Notes: generated from the sequence alone by a model not told the origin. A stretch of 64,000 bases of DNA from Nitrospirota bacterium (GCA_016936655.1 JAFGXL010000027.1:672-64671); one strand, 5' to 3'; shown: positions 44,667 through 54,130, counted from the first letter of the stretch. Numbers and translations are program-made.

Positions 44667-44712
44667 AAAGATCAGGGGATCAGTGCGCCAGCGCACTGAT
44701 CCCCTGATCTTT
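44667..44712. terminator. bidirectional terminator / 22-nt perfect inverted repeat between convergent genes
   Basis: AAAGATCAGGGGATCAGTGCGC (44667-44688), ca, GCGCACTGATCCCCTGATCTTT (44691-44712). The flanking A/T runs provide a U-tract on both strands. Confidence 0.7.
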
Positions 44713-45747
44713 TCAGACATACATCTTTATCATTTCAGAGTCGCTTCGTACAGATTCAAAGAATGATCTGTGCATCTCTATCCTTTCAGATATCTCGTCA
44801 ATATGGTCGAGCAGCGCTTGTCTGGTGTCCTGTCTTGTGAGCAGGTCATTGCACAAATGGCATGCTGTTACATATCTGGGCAGAAAGTTTATTGAAGGTT
44901 TTTTTGACTTCACAAATTCTGCTATAGCTGCCGGGCCCTCAAGCACAAGCCAGTTGAGCATAAGATCATTGTTCGCTTCTTCTATTAGGTCTATCATCCT
45001 GTTTTGACGAAGATCTCCGAGCGTAAGTTCTGGCAGATGCTTTGTCACTATTCCGCAGCATGCGAGCATCTGGTGGTCAGCGCCTATAACAATATCCCTG
45101 AGTATGGAGGAGCAGCTCTTTGTGAAGTTCCCGTAGGCAGGATCTCCATGGCCTGCGCTGCCGGAGTTGCGGCCGACTGGCACAACAACTCCTGATGATA
45201 TAAGCCTGCACTCTTCATCTGGCGTATAGTTTTGTTCGTGGTCATAGTCGATCAGCTCCACTCCAAAGTATTCAGCCAGAAATCCCGGAGTTATCCTGTA
45301 GTGCGGCATTGACTTGTGCGCGATCAGGCATTTGTATCTTCTTTTGTAGCAGGCGAGAAACGCGTTTTTTGCATACTCAAGCGGTATCCACCTCTGGTGC
45401 AGATCATCCATGCTTATGTTTATCTCTGTAAGGCCTGCTGAGATGAGGCTGTCGAGATACCTGTCTGCTGCTTCAGATGTCTTTGCCCAGATGCCGTTTG
45501 TCACAACTCGAGTGAGCAGGTTTTTTGATCTGCTGTATTCGATGGCCTTTATAAGGTCATCTCCAAGTAGAGAGGGCTCTCCTCCTGTAAATATCACCTG
45601 ACCGACTGTGCCGAGCGACTCTGCTTCGTCAATATAGCGCTTCATATCATCAAGAGTGAGCGCATCAGTTACATCAGGTCCGCACTCGCAGAAGTCGCAC
45701 TGAGCGTTGCATCTGTATGTTGTGAGCAGTACAAGAGATTTTATCAT
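44713..45747 (-). CDS. radical SAM enzyme with a Cys-rich C-terminal (SPASM/twitch-like) region
   Basis: 344 aa. CX3CX2C at C13/C17/C20 (YRCNAQCDFCEC) and the SAM-binding-like FTGGEPSL. C-terminal Cys motifs KSCSS...LACCGI and ACHLCNDL. Confidence 0.8.
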   Translation of the reverse strand: MIKSLVLLTTYRCNAQCDFCECGPDVTDALTLDDMKRYIDEAESLGTVGQVIFTGGEPSLLGDDLIKAIEYSRSKNLLTRVVTNGIWAKTSEAADRYLDSLISAGLTEINISMDDLHQRWIPLEYAKNAFLACYKRRYKCLIAHKSMPHYRITPGFLAEYFGVELIDYDHEQNYTPDEECRLISSGVVVPVGRNSGSAGHGDPAYGNFTKSCSSILRDIVIGADHQMLACCGIVTKHLPELTLGDLRQNRMIDLIEEANNDLMLNWLVLEGPAAIAEFVKSKKPSINFLPRYVTACHLCNDLLTRQDTRQALLDHIDEISERIEMHRSFFESVRSDSEMIKMYV

Positions 45748-45750
45748 CAG

Positions 45751-46329
45751 CTACTTCTCTAGAATCTCTTTTATCTTGCTGATCAGCTCAGGAGTCACGA
45801 GCGGCTGCGATGGATAGTAGTTTTCTCTAAGCTCAGGGCTCAACAGTATGGATGGATCAAATCCGATCCCGCGCTTTTCAAAGCCTTTGTCTTTAAGTAC
45901 GATCTCGCTTTTTGTCTTGGTTGCCTGCCTGCCCCTTTCTGAGTAGTAGTCATGCTCTACATTGAATATATATTTCGAGTCGTGATCAAAGTTCCACTGC
46001 TGCTCTGTCTCAGTCTCTTTGGTCTTTATGGACTCTCCAAGAGGCGACCTTTCTGGCTGTGGCACCCACTTTTCGATGCGTGCTTTTTTACCCTTCAGGT
46101 AGACGAGCAGCTCTATGAAAAGATCAAGGTCGAGTTGAGATGGGTTTATGCCAGCTTTTTTAAGCCTTGCCTCGGGATCTGCGAAGAAGGTCTCGAGCTC
46201 TTTTTCGTTTTTAAGGAGAGTTGAGAGGTATTTACCTATCTTCGCAGGAAGTGATGGAGCGATCTTCCTTTTTACAGGCAGATACTTTTTCAGTTCATTG
46301 ATAACCTCTTTTGATCTCTTGCTGTCCAT
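45751..46329 (-). CDS. hypothetical highly charged protein (192 aa, no Cys), partner of the radical SAM gene
   Basis: GGAGGTGG SD upstream of ATG 46329. It ends 3 nt before the radical SAM ATG. No family recognised. Confidence 0.6.
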   Translation of the reverse strand: MDSKRSKEVINELKKYLPVKRKIAPSLPAKIGKYLSTLLKNEKELETFFADPEARLKKAGINPSQLDLDLFIELLVYLKGKKARIEKWVPQPERSPLGESIKTKETETEQQWNFDHDSKYIFNVEHDYYSERGRQATKTKSEIVLKDKGFEKRGIGFDPSILLSPELRENYYPSQPLVTPELISKIKEILEK

Positions 46330-46357
46330 TTTGCCACCTCCATGCTTTTATGAAAGC

Positions 46358-46386
46358 AATATGGCAGACAAAAGAGCGGTTGTCAA
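46358..46386 (-). promoter_or_regulatory. sigma70-like promoter for the 192-aa/radical SAM pair
   Basis: Minus strand: TTGACA (46386-46381), 17-nt spacer, CATATT (46363-46358). Confidence 0.35.
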
Positions 46387-46431
46387 TCTGAGAGAGAGAT
46401 TGCTGGAGCAGTTACTCTTTTTTTCTTGACT

Positions 46432-46878
46432 TCATTGCCTTGTCGATCTCGCGCTTGCCTCGCGCTCTTTGATGCTCTCGCGCTTTTCGTACTTTGCCTT
46501 GCCCTTTGCGAGCCCGATCTCGACCTTTGCAAATGATCCCTTGAAATAGATTTTAAGAGGTATAAGTGTGTAGCCCTTTACTATCATCTTGCCGCGCATC
46601 CGTTCGATCTCTTTTCTGTTGAGCAGGAGCTTTCTTGTCCTGAGCGGTTCGTGGTTCATTATGTTGCCGTGTGAGTATGGGCTTATATGAGTGTTCAGCA
46701 GAAAGACCTCTGCATCTTTCAGTATCACATAACTGTCCTGGAGGTTGGCCTTGCCCGCGCGCAGGGATTTAACCTCTGTGCCGACCAATGCTATGCCGGC
46801 CTCATAGGTCTCTTCAATATGATAGTCGTGGTAAGCCTTTCTGTTTTGGCAGACTATTTTCATCAGGTATAATATCAT
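46432..46878 (-). CDS. smpB: SsrA-binding protein SmpB
   Basis: [40 protein letters not shown]... is canonical SmpB. The true start may be the ATG at 46863 (MKIVCQNRK). Confidence 0.9.
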   Translation of the reverse strand: MILYLMKIVCQNRKAYHDYHIEETYEAGIALVGTEVKSLRAGKANLQDSYVILKDAEVFLLNTHISPYSHGNIMNHEPLRTRKLLLNRKEIERMRGKMIVKGYTLIPLKIYFKGSFAKVEIGLAKGKAKYEKRESIKEREASARSTRQ

Positions 46879-46970
46879 ACGGATAAGGCAAAGAGATTAT
46901 ATGCTTTAATATTTTGTGCCTGATTTTCTATAATTCCGGATACATTATAGTGATTAACGGAGGTTTTGGT

Positions 46971-47399
46971 ATGAGGAAGTTCTTTATAACTGTTCTTTTT
47001 GTCTGTCTTGCAATGGTTATTGTTGCTTGCGGCAAAAAAGAGGTTAAGTTAAAGACCATGGATTCCAAGATAGCCACAGAGTCCTTTGCGCTTGCTGAGG
47101 GGCTCAGAAGCGCGTATGTTAAGAGGCAGGTAGCAGAAATGGAAAACTACGCCACAAAAAATGGTTTTAAAAATGTAACAGATGTTCTTAAGATATTCGA
47201 CTCTGTTGACCTCTCTTTTACACCTGCATGGGTAGAGATCAAGGATGACAAGGTCTATCTGAATGTCTCATGGAAAGGCAAATGGAACCATGCAGGCAAT
47301 ATTACTGAAGAGCGAGGCATGGCTGTGTTTGAGCTGAAGGGCAACCCGCTAAAAGTTGACGCAGTGCTTAGAGCAAACCCGTTCAGATACCCGGAATAG
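46971..47399 (+). CDS. hypothetical lipoprotein
   Basis: ATG 46971 lies 7 nt after ACGGAGG. Signal/lipobox MRKFFITVLFVCLAMVIVAC. The track start at 46914 is unlikely. Confidence 0.6.
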   Translation: MRKFFITVLFVCLAMVIVACGKKEVKLKTMDSKIATESFALAEGLRSAYVKRQVAEMENYATKNGFKNVTDVLKIFDSVDLSFTPAWVEIKDDKVYLNVSWKGKWNHAGNITEERGMAVFELKGNPLKVDAVLRANPFRYPE

Positions 47400-47402
47400 A
47401 CG

Positions 47403-47606
47403 CTATTTGCAGGAGCTGCAAGAGCCTTTTGAGCAGGATGAACAGCCTGATGATGTCTGGTGCTCAACTCCGCTCATGCCAAATACAGAGAACTTCTTGG
47501 CCACATTCTCAGAGCCGCATTTTGGGCATTTTACTGTCTGAGAGCCATAGGCCAGTTTTTCGAACTCCTCTTTGCATTCTGAACATATGTATTCAAAAAT
47601 AGGCAT
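47403..47606 (-). CDS. FmdB-family zinc-ribbon protein (CxxC_CxxC_SSSS)
   Basis: MPIFEYICSECKEEFE...CPKCGS... with a Ser/Cys-rich tail. 67 aa. Confidence 0.8.
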   Translation of the reverse strand: MPIFEYICSECKEEFEKLAYGSQTVKCPKCGSENVAKKFSVFGMSGVEHQTSSGCSSCSKGSCSSCK

Positions 47607-47739
47607 CGTATCTCCTGATTGATTGCTGCGTAAATTATTATATCACACAGCATAGAGCAGCCCTGAGCAGCAAAGAGCTCAGAAATAATCCCTGCAAAAT
47701 CCTCTCTGCCATATTCGATTGTTTTGTAATATCTTTTGC

Positions 47740-47768
47740 TTGACTACCGCGACCTTACTTAATATAAT
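47740..47768 (+). promoter_or_regulatory. near-consensus sigma70 promoter
   Basis: TTGACT 47740-47745, 17-nt spacer, TATAAT 47763-47768. Lies 46 nt upstream of ATG 47814. Confidence 0.6.
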
Positions 47769-47813
47769 TTGGCGTGATGTTAAAGAAATTTAAAAAGGAG
47801 TGTTAGACCTGAT

Positions 47814-48317
47814 ATGCCTGTCGAATACATCGCACTGTTAATCAGTATCTTCTCGGTACTCGTTGCAGCGTTTTCGCTAGGCTGGAACATTTACCGCGAC
47901 ATTATCTTGAAGGCAAAGGTAAAAGTCTCGTTTGCAGTAATCACTATTATTCACGAAACCATGCCGGACAGGCCACAATTTCTAAACATTAAGGCAACGA
48001 ACTTTGGTCCTGGCCCTGTAACTATAAACATGATCTGTCTCAAGGAATCGAATGCTTGGCGTCGACTTTTCAGAAAGACGAAATATGGAATCATTACATC
48101 CGATTGCACAGACCCTTTAAGTAGCAAGCTTCCAGCAAAGATTGAAGTCGGTGACAAAATAGATCTTTTCCTGCCATATAACAAAGACTCCTTCCTGAGC
48201 TTGCATTTCAATCATGTAGGTATAAATGATTGCTTTGGTCGTGATCATTGGGCACCGAGACGTGATTTTAAAAAAGCGTACGCGGAATGGAGTAAAGATT
48301 TTCAAAATGAAACCTAA
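47814..48317 (+). CDS. hypothetical single-pass membrane protein (167 aa)
   Basis: N-terminal TM helix YIALLISIFSVLVAAFSLGW, then a beta-rich soluble domain. No family recognised. The AAGGAG SD lies 13 nt upstream, which is long. Confidence 0.5.
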   Translation: MPVEYIALLISIFSVLVAAFSLGWNIYRDIILKAKVKVSFAVITIIHETMPDRPQFLNIKATNFGPGPVTINMICLKESNAWRRLFRKTKYGIITSDCTDPLSSKLPAKIEVGDKIDLFLPYNKDSFLSLHFNHVGINDCFGRDHWAPRRDFKKAYAEWSKDFQNET

Positions 48318-48458
48318 CCCATCGTTTAAGCGTAGAATTAAATAAGGAAAGAGTGTTCATATACAGTAATTAGGTAATTCTTTTGGGCATTATAGAGTCA
48401 ATGGTAAGGCTGAAAAAGGTTATTGAATCTATTCACCTCTGAAAGGAGATTTTCTGCA

Positions 48459-49121
48459 TTGGATATTCCACGGATCTTCAACATTACTGAGAGTGCTCAT
48501 CGCATCCACAACCCGATAACACCCGAAAAACTTGCCACTCTCGGCGCTGCTCTGCGTTTGAAATCAGGTGACCGAGTGCTCGATCTCGGCAGCGGTTCTG
48601 GGGAGATGCTATGCACCTGGGCACGCGATCACGGCATCACAGGCACTGGCATTGACATGAGCCAGTTGTTCACCGAGCAGGCGAAACTCCGTGCCAAAGA
48701 ACTCAGGGTCGCGGATAAAGTAAAGTTCATCCATGGCGATGCTGCGGGCTATGTCTCTGACGAGAAGGTTAGTGTGGCAGCCTGTGTTGGTGCCACCTGG
48801 ATCGGTGGGGGAGTTTCAGGCACTATCGAGCTTTTGGCGCGAAGTCTGCGCACCGGAGGGATCATCCTTATCGGCGAACCCTATTGGCGGCAGTTGCCAC
48901 CTACTGAAGATGTTGCCAAGGCGTGCCTTGCCAGTTCGATATCCGACTTTCTAATGCTTCCAGAGCTTCTGGCCTCTTTCAACCATCTTGGTTACGATGT
49001 TGTTGAAATGGTTTTAGCTGACCAGGACGGCTGGGACAGATATGAGGCAGCTAAATGGCTCACCATGCGCCTGGACAAAAATAGGGACAGTTGTTCATGC
49101 TCAGTAAAAAGAGAAAGATGA
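48459..49121 (+). CDS. class I SAM-dependent methyltransferase, apparently 3'-truncated or rearranged
   Basis: Motif I VLDLGSGSGEM. The likely TTG start at 48459 follows AGGAG. The conserved-looking sequence stops after ...YEAAKWLTMR and is replaced by an AT-rich tail (LDKNRDSCSCSVKRER). The body is visibly more GC-rich than its neighbours. Confidence 0.6.
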   Translation: MDIPRIFNITESAHRIHNPITPEKLATLGAALRLKSGDRVLDLGSGSGEMLCTWARDHGITGTGIDMSQLFTEQAKLRAKELRVADKVKFIHGDAAGYVSDEKVSVAACVGATWIGGGVSGTIELLARSLRTGGIILIGEPYWRQLPPTEDVAKACLASSISDFLMLPELLASFNHLGYDVVEMVLADQDGWDRYEAAKWLTMRLDKNRDSCSCSVKRER

Positions 49122-49213
49122 TGGGAAATACAGCCAAATAGACTTTTTTAATATATTCCACCTCCAGTTCCTTTTGTTGCCATAATGCACACAATGTGTT
49201 ATCCTCTCAATAG

Positions 49214-49492
49214 ATGAAACATATCAACTGGAATACGGATAAAAGCCTGAAACTGAAAGAGTCAAGAGGCATCTGTTTTGAGGATATTGTTTTTTACATT
49301 GAAAAAGGAGACATTCTGGATGACTATCTGCACCCCAATCAAAAACAGTATCCAGAGCAGCGAATAATGGTAATCGGAATAAATAATTATGCGTATCTTG
49401 TTCCTTATATTGAGGATGAGGAAGAAATATTTCTGAAGACCATTATCCCCAGCAGAAAGGCAACCGATATGTATTTCGGAGGAGAGAAATGA
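49214..49492 (+). CDS. brnT: type II toxin, BrnT-like (COG2929)
   Basis: INWNTDKSLKLKESRGICFEDIV... and a C-terminal ...IIPSRKATDMYF follow the BrnT pattern. ATGA overlap with the next gene. Confidence 0.65.
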   Translation: MKHINWNTDKSLKLKESRGICFEDIVFYIEKGDILDDYLHPNQKQYPEQRIMVIGINNYAYLVPYIEDEEEIFLKTIIPSRKATDMYFGGEK

Positions 49493-49767
49493 AGACTACA
49501 TTAACTAAAGAAGAACGCGAAATATTGGACAGCTTTGAAAAAGGTGAATGGGTTCCGGTTAAGAACCTCTCTAAGAGGAAAGCCGAGGTGATGAGGTATG
49601 CGAGAACCACTTTAAAGAAAGACAAACGCCTGAACATACGAATTTCCGAAAGAGACTTGACTGAATTGCAGAAAAAGGCAGTAAGCGAAGGATTGCCTTA
49701 TCAGACTTATGTTGCCAGTATAATTCACAAATTTGTAAGTGGAAAACTGGTAGAGGCAAAAAATTAA
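49489..49767 (+). CDS. brnA: type II antitoxin, BrnA-like (CopG/RHH, COG3514)
   Basis: ...LNIRISERDLTELQKKAVSEGLPYQTYVASIIHKFVSG matches the BrnA-type C-terminal RHH. Confidence 0.65.
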   Translation: MKTTLTKEEREILDSFEKGEWVPVKNLSKRKAEVMRYARTTLKKDKRLNIRISERDLTELQKKAVSEGLPYQTYVASIIHKFVSGKLVEAKN

Positions 49768-49973
49768 GCTGCTAACAGGTCACTCGTGCGGATGGCTGAT
49801 AGCCACCGCACAGTTTTGTTGTTAATATTGAGGGACAGATGTACTAGCCCACCAATGCAGGTAACTTTTTGGAGTTTATCAAAAGGCGTTTCATAATTTA
49901 ATCCCTTATACCGCGGCTGATAAACAGGCAAGCCATTTACATAAAGCCGATTGTTTCCATTTTGCCTTGACAC
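49764..49973 (-). pseudogene. possible decayed fragment of a transposase/integrase (rve C-terminal region)
   Basis: The 69-aa ORF contains ...VYQPRYKGLNYETPFDKL, loosely like the YN..RPH.GL...TP motif at the end of DDE (rve) transposases. There is no catalytic core, no terminal repeats and no SD. Confidence 0.25.
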
Positions 49974-50092
49974 AGCAGCAGCCTGTCCCTTGAGATCATA
50001 TACGCTACTTGAATTATTACTCCAAATACATTAACTTAGTTAATCATCAGGCGCATATTATAAGGTCTATGCGATATTAAAGGGAGGGAATC

Positions 50093-50332
50093 ATGACGGT
50101 GAGCAAAGGCCAGAACCTGCAGGACGGGTTTCTGAACCAGGTGAGGAAAGAGAAGATTCCTGTTGTTATTTATCTGGCTAACGGTGTGCGCCTAAAGGGG
50201 ATAATAAAGGGTTTTGACAATTTTGTTTTGCTGCTGAAAGAGGCGAATGAGCAGCTTGTATACAAGCATGCCATATCCACAATTGTGCCTGAGAAGCCTG
50301 TAGATTTAAGGGTAACTGACGCAGAAGCTTAA
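50093..50332 (+). CDS. hfq: RNA chaperone Hfq
   Basis: [39 protein letters not shown]...[12 protein letters not shown] (Sm1/Sm2 motifs). GGGAGGG SD. Confidence 0.93.
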   Translation: MTVSKGQNLQDGFLNQVRKEKIPVVIYLANGVRLKGIIKGFDNFVLLLKEANEQLVYKHAISTIVPEKPVDLRVTDAEA

Positions 50333-50380
50333 AGGTCTTTTAAAAAATATAAAAAGTAAACTGTCCGGAGGTATTCAATA

Positions 50381-51043
50381 ATGCTGCATTCAATGAGAAA
50401 ACATGCCAAATTTTTCTATGTCTTCTTTTTTATGATCATCATATCGTTTGTGTTCTGGGGTATAGGCACGGTTGACCAGCAGGAAGGTTCATTTGTCGCC
50501 GAGATTGGGAGTATAAAGATACCTCAGGAGGAATACTGGCGGGCATATGAGCGTGTAAGGGAATTTTACAGAGAGATGAACAAGGGTCAGTTTACAGAAG
50601 AGATGGAAAAGAAGCTGAAGCTGAGGGAGTCTGTGCTGAACGCGATGGTTGAGGACAAGGTATTGCTGCTTTCTGCAGTCAAGCTTAATGTCGCCATTAC
50701 AGATAAGGAGCTTAGGGACGCGATAGTTACGGATCCACAGTTCATGCGCGACGGCATATTCAGACAGGATGTATATTTTAATGCGCTGAAAATAATGAGA
50801 GTCACTCCTGAGCTTTACGAACAGAAGCTGAAGCAGCAGCTTGTAGTGCTCAAGATGAAGCGTTTGATATGGGCAGCTGTTGATACTGCAAGCAATGATG
50901 CAATATCTGCTGCTCTGGCAAAAAATGATCAGGCAGCCCTTGACCAGCTTGTATTCAACAAGCGCAATACGGCAGTGCAGTCTTTTGTGGAGAGCATGAA
51001 AAAGACGATGAAGGTTAAGGTAAATACTGATCTTATATCATAA
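50381..51043 (+). CDS. SurA_N/PpiD-like periplasmic chaperone domain protein (no PPIase domain)
   Basis: N-terminal membrane anchor MRKHAKFFYVFFFMIIISFVFWGIG, then a SurA N-terminal-like helical domain. 220 aa. Confidence 0.6.
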   Translation: MLHSMRKHAKFFYVFFFMIIISFVFWGIGTVDQQEGSFVAEIGSIKIPQEEYWRAYERVREFYREMNKGQFTEEMEKKLKLRESVLNAMVEDKVLLLSAVKLNVAITDKELRDAIVTDPQFMRDGIFRQDVYFNALKIMRVTPELYEQKLKQQLVVLKMKRLIWAAVDTASNDAISAALAKNDQAALDQLVFNKRNTAVQSFVESMKKTMKVKVNTDLIS

Positions 51044-51099
51044 AATCCGGCTGAAAAATGGTATAATTTCCTTTAATCTTTTTTTGAAGGAGCGCCAGT

Positions 51100-52560
51100 A
51101 TGCTAGATGACAATATTGTTGCCGGATTGACTTTTGATGATGTACTGTTGGTTCCGTGCAAGTCTGATGTGCTGCCAGTTGATGTAGAGGTCAGCACGAA
51201 TCTTACCAGAAATATCAAGCTTAATATCCCGATTATAAGCGCTGCAATGGACACTGTTACAGAGGCAGCTCTCGCAATAGGTCTGGCTCGTGAAGGCGGT
51301 CTAGGCATAGTTCATAGGGCTATGTCGCCGGAGAGGCAGGCTATTGAGGTGGATAAAGTTAAAAAGTCTGAAAGCGGCATGATAGTTGATCCCATAACTG
51401 TTGACCCAGAGTCGCTTATAGCCGATGCTCTCAAGCTAATGGAGCAGTACAAGATATCAGGCGTTCCTGTAACAAAAAACGGCAAGCTTGTGGGCATACT
51501 GACAAACAGGGACTTGAGGTTTGAAAATAATCTCAGGAAAAAGGTCTCTGAGGTGATGACTAAAGAGAGGCTGATAACAGGAACTGTAGGAACCACCCTC
51601 GAAAAAGCCAAGGATATACTTCACACATATAAAATAGAGAAGCTGCCTATTGTTGACAAAGCTAACAATCTAAAAGGTCTTATCACAATAAAAGATATTG
51701 AAAAGAGAAAAAAGTATCCGTCTGCATGCAAAGACAAGCTTGGCAGGCTGAGAGTTGGCGCTGCGGTAGGTGTTGGCGCTGAGGCTATGTTAAGGGCAGA
51801 GCTGCTGGTAAAGGCTGGAGTTGATCTTATAGCAATTGATACAGCGCATGGCCACTCAAAAGCTGTGCTGGATACTCTTAAGAGTCTTAAAAAGAAGTTT
51901 GATGTTGATATTATTGCAGGGAATATAGCTACTGCAGAAGCTGCTGCTGATCTTATAAAGGCTGGAGCGGATGCTATAAAGATAGGCATCGGTCCGGGCT
52001 CTATATGTACAACAAGAATAGTGGCTGGAGCAGGAGTGCCGCAGCTAACAGCAATAAAGAACTGCTACCCTGTGGCATCAAAAAATAAGGTGCCGCTTGT
52101 TGCTGACGGCGGCATAAAGTATTCAGGAGACATAACAAAGGCTCTCGCATCAGGAGCTGACTGCGTTATGATAGGCAGCCTTTTTGCAGGCACTGATGAG
52201 TCTCCCGGAGAGCTGGTGCTTTATCAGGGCAGAAGCTACAAGATATACCGCGGTATGGGTTCGCTCGGAGCGATGGAGCAGGGCGCAAAGGACAGATACG
52301 GACAGCAGGGTGTTGAGCGCGAAAAACTTGTGCCTGAAGGAGTTGAAGGCAGGGTTCCAAACAAAGGACCTCTTTCAAAGAGCATACACCAGCTTGTGGG
52401 TGGGCTGCGCTCAGGCATGGGGTATTGCGGAGCTCTGAACCTGAAAGATTTGCGAAAGAAGGCAAAGTTTATACAGATAACAAATGCAGGACTCAAAGAG
52501 AGTCATGTGCATGATGTGACTATAACAAGAGAAGCGCCAAACTATACAGTAGAAAACTAG
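51100..52560 (+). CDS. guaB: IMP dehydrogenase
   Basis: [11 protein letters not shown], a CBS pair insert, and the catalytic loop [11 protein letters not shown]. Confidence 0.95.
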   Translation: MLDDNIVAGLTFDDVLLVPCKSDVLPVDVEVSTNLTRNIKLNIPIISAAMDTVTEAALAIGLAREGGLGIVHRAMSPERQAIEVDKVKKSESGMIVDPITVDPESLIADALKLMEQYKISGVPVTKNGKLVGILTNRDLRFENNLRKKVSEVMTKERLITGTVGTTLEKAKDILHTYKIEKLPIVDKANNLKGLITIKDIEKRKKYPSACKDKLGRLRVGAAVGVGAEAMLRAELLVKAGVDLIAIDTAHGHSKAVLDTLKSLKKKFDVDIIAGNIATAEAAADLIKAGADAIKIGIGPGSICTTRIVAGAGVPQLTAIKNCYPVASKNKVPLVADGGIKYSGDITKALASGADCVMIGSLFAGTDESPGELVLYQGRSYKIYRGMGSLGAMEQGAKDRYGQQGVEREKLVPEGVEGRVPNKGPLSKSIHQLVGGLRSGMGYCGALNLKDLRKKAKFIQITNAGLKESHVHDVTITREAPNYTVEN

Positions 52561-52582
52561 AAAGGTTGCAACGGATAAAAAG

Positions 52583-54124
52583 ATGGCAGAACTCGACAAA
52601 ATACTTATTCTTGATTTTGGTTCGCAATACACACAGCTCATAGCTCGCCGCATAAGAGAGGGGCATGTCTATTCGGAAATAGTGCCGTTTAATGTGTCAA
52701 TACAGAAGATAAAGGAGTTCCAGCCAAAGGGCATAGTGCTCTCGGGCGGACCTTCGAGCGTTTATGATGAATCCTCTCCGCTTCCGGATCCTGAGGTGTT
52801 TAAGCTCGGACTGCCTGTGCTCGGCATCTGCTATGGAATGCAGCTTATGGCGCATACGCTCGGCGGCACTGTCGCAAAAGCCCAGAAGCGGGAATACGGC
52901 AAGGCAGAGCTTATTGTTAATGATGATAATGATCTGCTCTGGGGTCTTATGCTCAAAACAAAGGTATGGATGAGTCATGGGGACAGGATAGAGAGGCTGC
53001 CCGAAGGCTTTAAGGCTATAGGACATACTGACAACTCACCGGTTGCTGCAATGGCAGATCCATCCAGAAAGTTCTATGCAATGCAGTTTCATCCAGAGGT
53101 GGTGCATACTGACGAAGGCTCTAGAATACTCCAGAACTTTGTCTATACCATATGCAAGTGCAAGCCCAACTGGGAGATGAGCTCATTCATTGAATGGTCA
53201 GTTAATGATATAAGGCAGAAGGTGGGTGACCGAACTGTAATATGCGCGCTTAGCGGAGGAGTTGATTCATCTGTTGTTGCTCTGCTGCTGCACAAGGCGA
53301 TAGGCGACAGGCTCACCTGCATATTTGTTGACAATGGAGTGCTCAGAAAGGGCGAGTCCGAAAAGGTCAAGAAGACATTTCAAGATCACTTTCATATAAA
53401 GCTCATACATATTGATGCGATAGACCGTTTTATGAACAAGCTCGCAGGAGTGACAGACCCTGAGAAGAAGAGAAAGATAATCGGGAATGAATTTATTGCT
53501 GTGTTTGAGGAAGAGGCAAAAAAGATCAAAGATGCACACTTCCTTGCGCAGGGCACGCTCTATCCTGATGTTATAGAGAGCGTATCCTTCAAAGGCCCAT
53601 CTGCTGTGATAAAGAGCCACCACAATGTAGGCGGCCTGCCTGAGAAGATGAACCTGAAGCTGATCGAGCCGCTCAGGGAGCTCTTCAAGGATGAGGTGCG
53701 TGAGCTTGGCGAAGAGCTTGGACTGCCCACAGAGATAGCATGGAGACATCCATTCCCAGGGCCTGGACTCGCAATAAGGTGCATAGGCGAAGTAACAAAA
53801 GAGAAGCTCGACATACTGCGCGAGGCAGATGCGATAGTGCTTGAAGAGATAAAGGCAGCAGGACTTTATCGCGAGATATGGCAGGTCTTTGCTGTGATAC
53901 TGCCTATACAGAGCGTCGGTGTTATGGGTGATGAACGCACATACGAAAGTGTAGTTGCAGTAAGGGCCGTAACGAGCCTCGACGGAATGACAGCTGACTG
54001 GGCAAAGATGCCTTATGAGGTGATGGGAAGTATATCCAGCAGAATTATAAATGAGGTGAAGGGCGTAAACAGGGTTGTTTACGACATAACATCAAAACCT
54101 CCAGGCACCATAGAGTGGGAATAA
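52583..54124 (+). CDS. guaA: GMP synthase (glutamine-hydrolysing)
   Basis: GATase domain (GICYGMQ), PP-loop SGGVDSSV, and a C-terminal ...PPGTIEWE. Confidence 0.95.
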   Translation: MAELDKILILDFGSQYTQLIARRIREGHVYSEIVPFNVSIQKIKEFQPKGIVLSGGPSSVYDESSPLPDPEVFKLGLPVLGICYGMQLMAHTLGGTVAKAQKREYGKAELIVNDDNDLLWGLMLKTKVWMSHGDRIERLPEGFKAIGHTDNSPVAAMADPSRKFYAMQFHPEVVHTDEGSRILQNFVYTICKCKPNWEMSSFIEWSVNDIRQKVGDRTVICALSGGVDSSVVALLLHKAIGDRLTCIFVDNGVLRKGESEKVKKTFQDHFHIKLIHIDAIDRFMNKLAGVTDPEKKRKIIGNEFIAVFEEEAKKIKDAHFLAQGTLYPDVIESVSFKGPSAVIKSHHNVGGLPEKMNLKLIEPLRELFKDEVRELGEELGLPTEIAWRHPFPGPGLAIRCIGEVTKEKLDILREADAIVLEEIKAAGLYREIWQVFAVILPIQSVGVMGDERTYESVVAVRAVTSLDGMTADWAKMPYEVMGSISSRIINEVKGVNRVVYDITSKPPGTIEWE

Positions 54125-54130
54125 CAGCGA

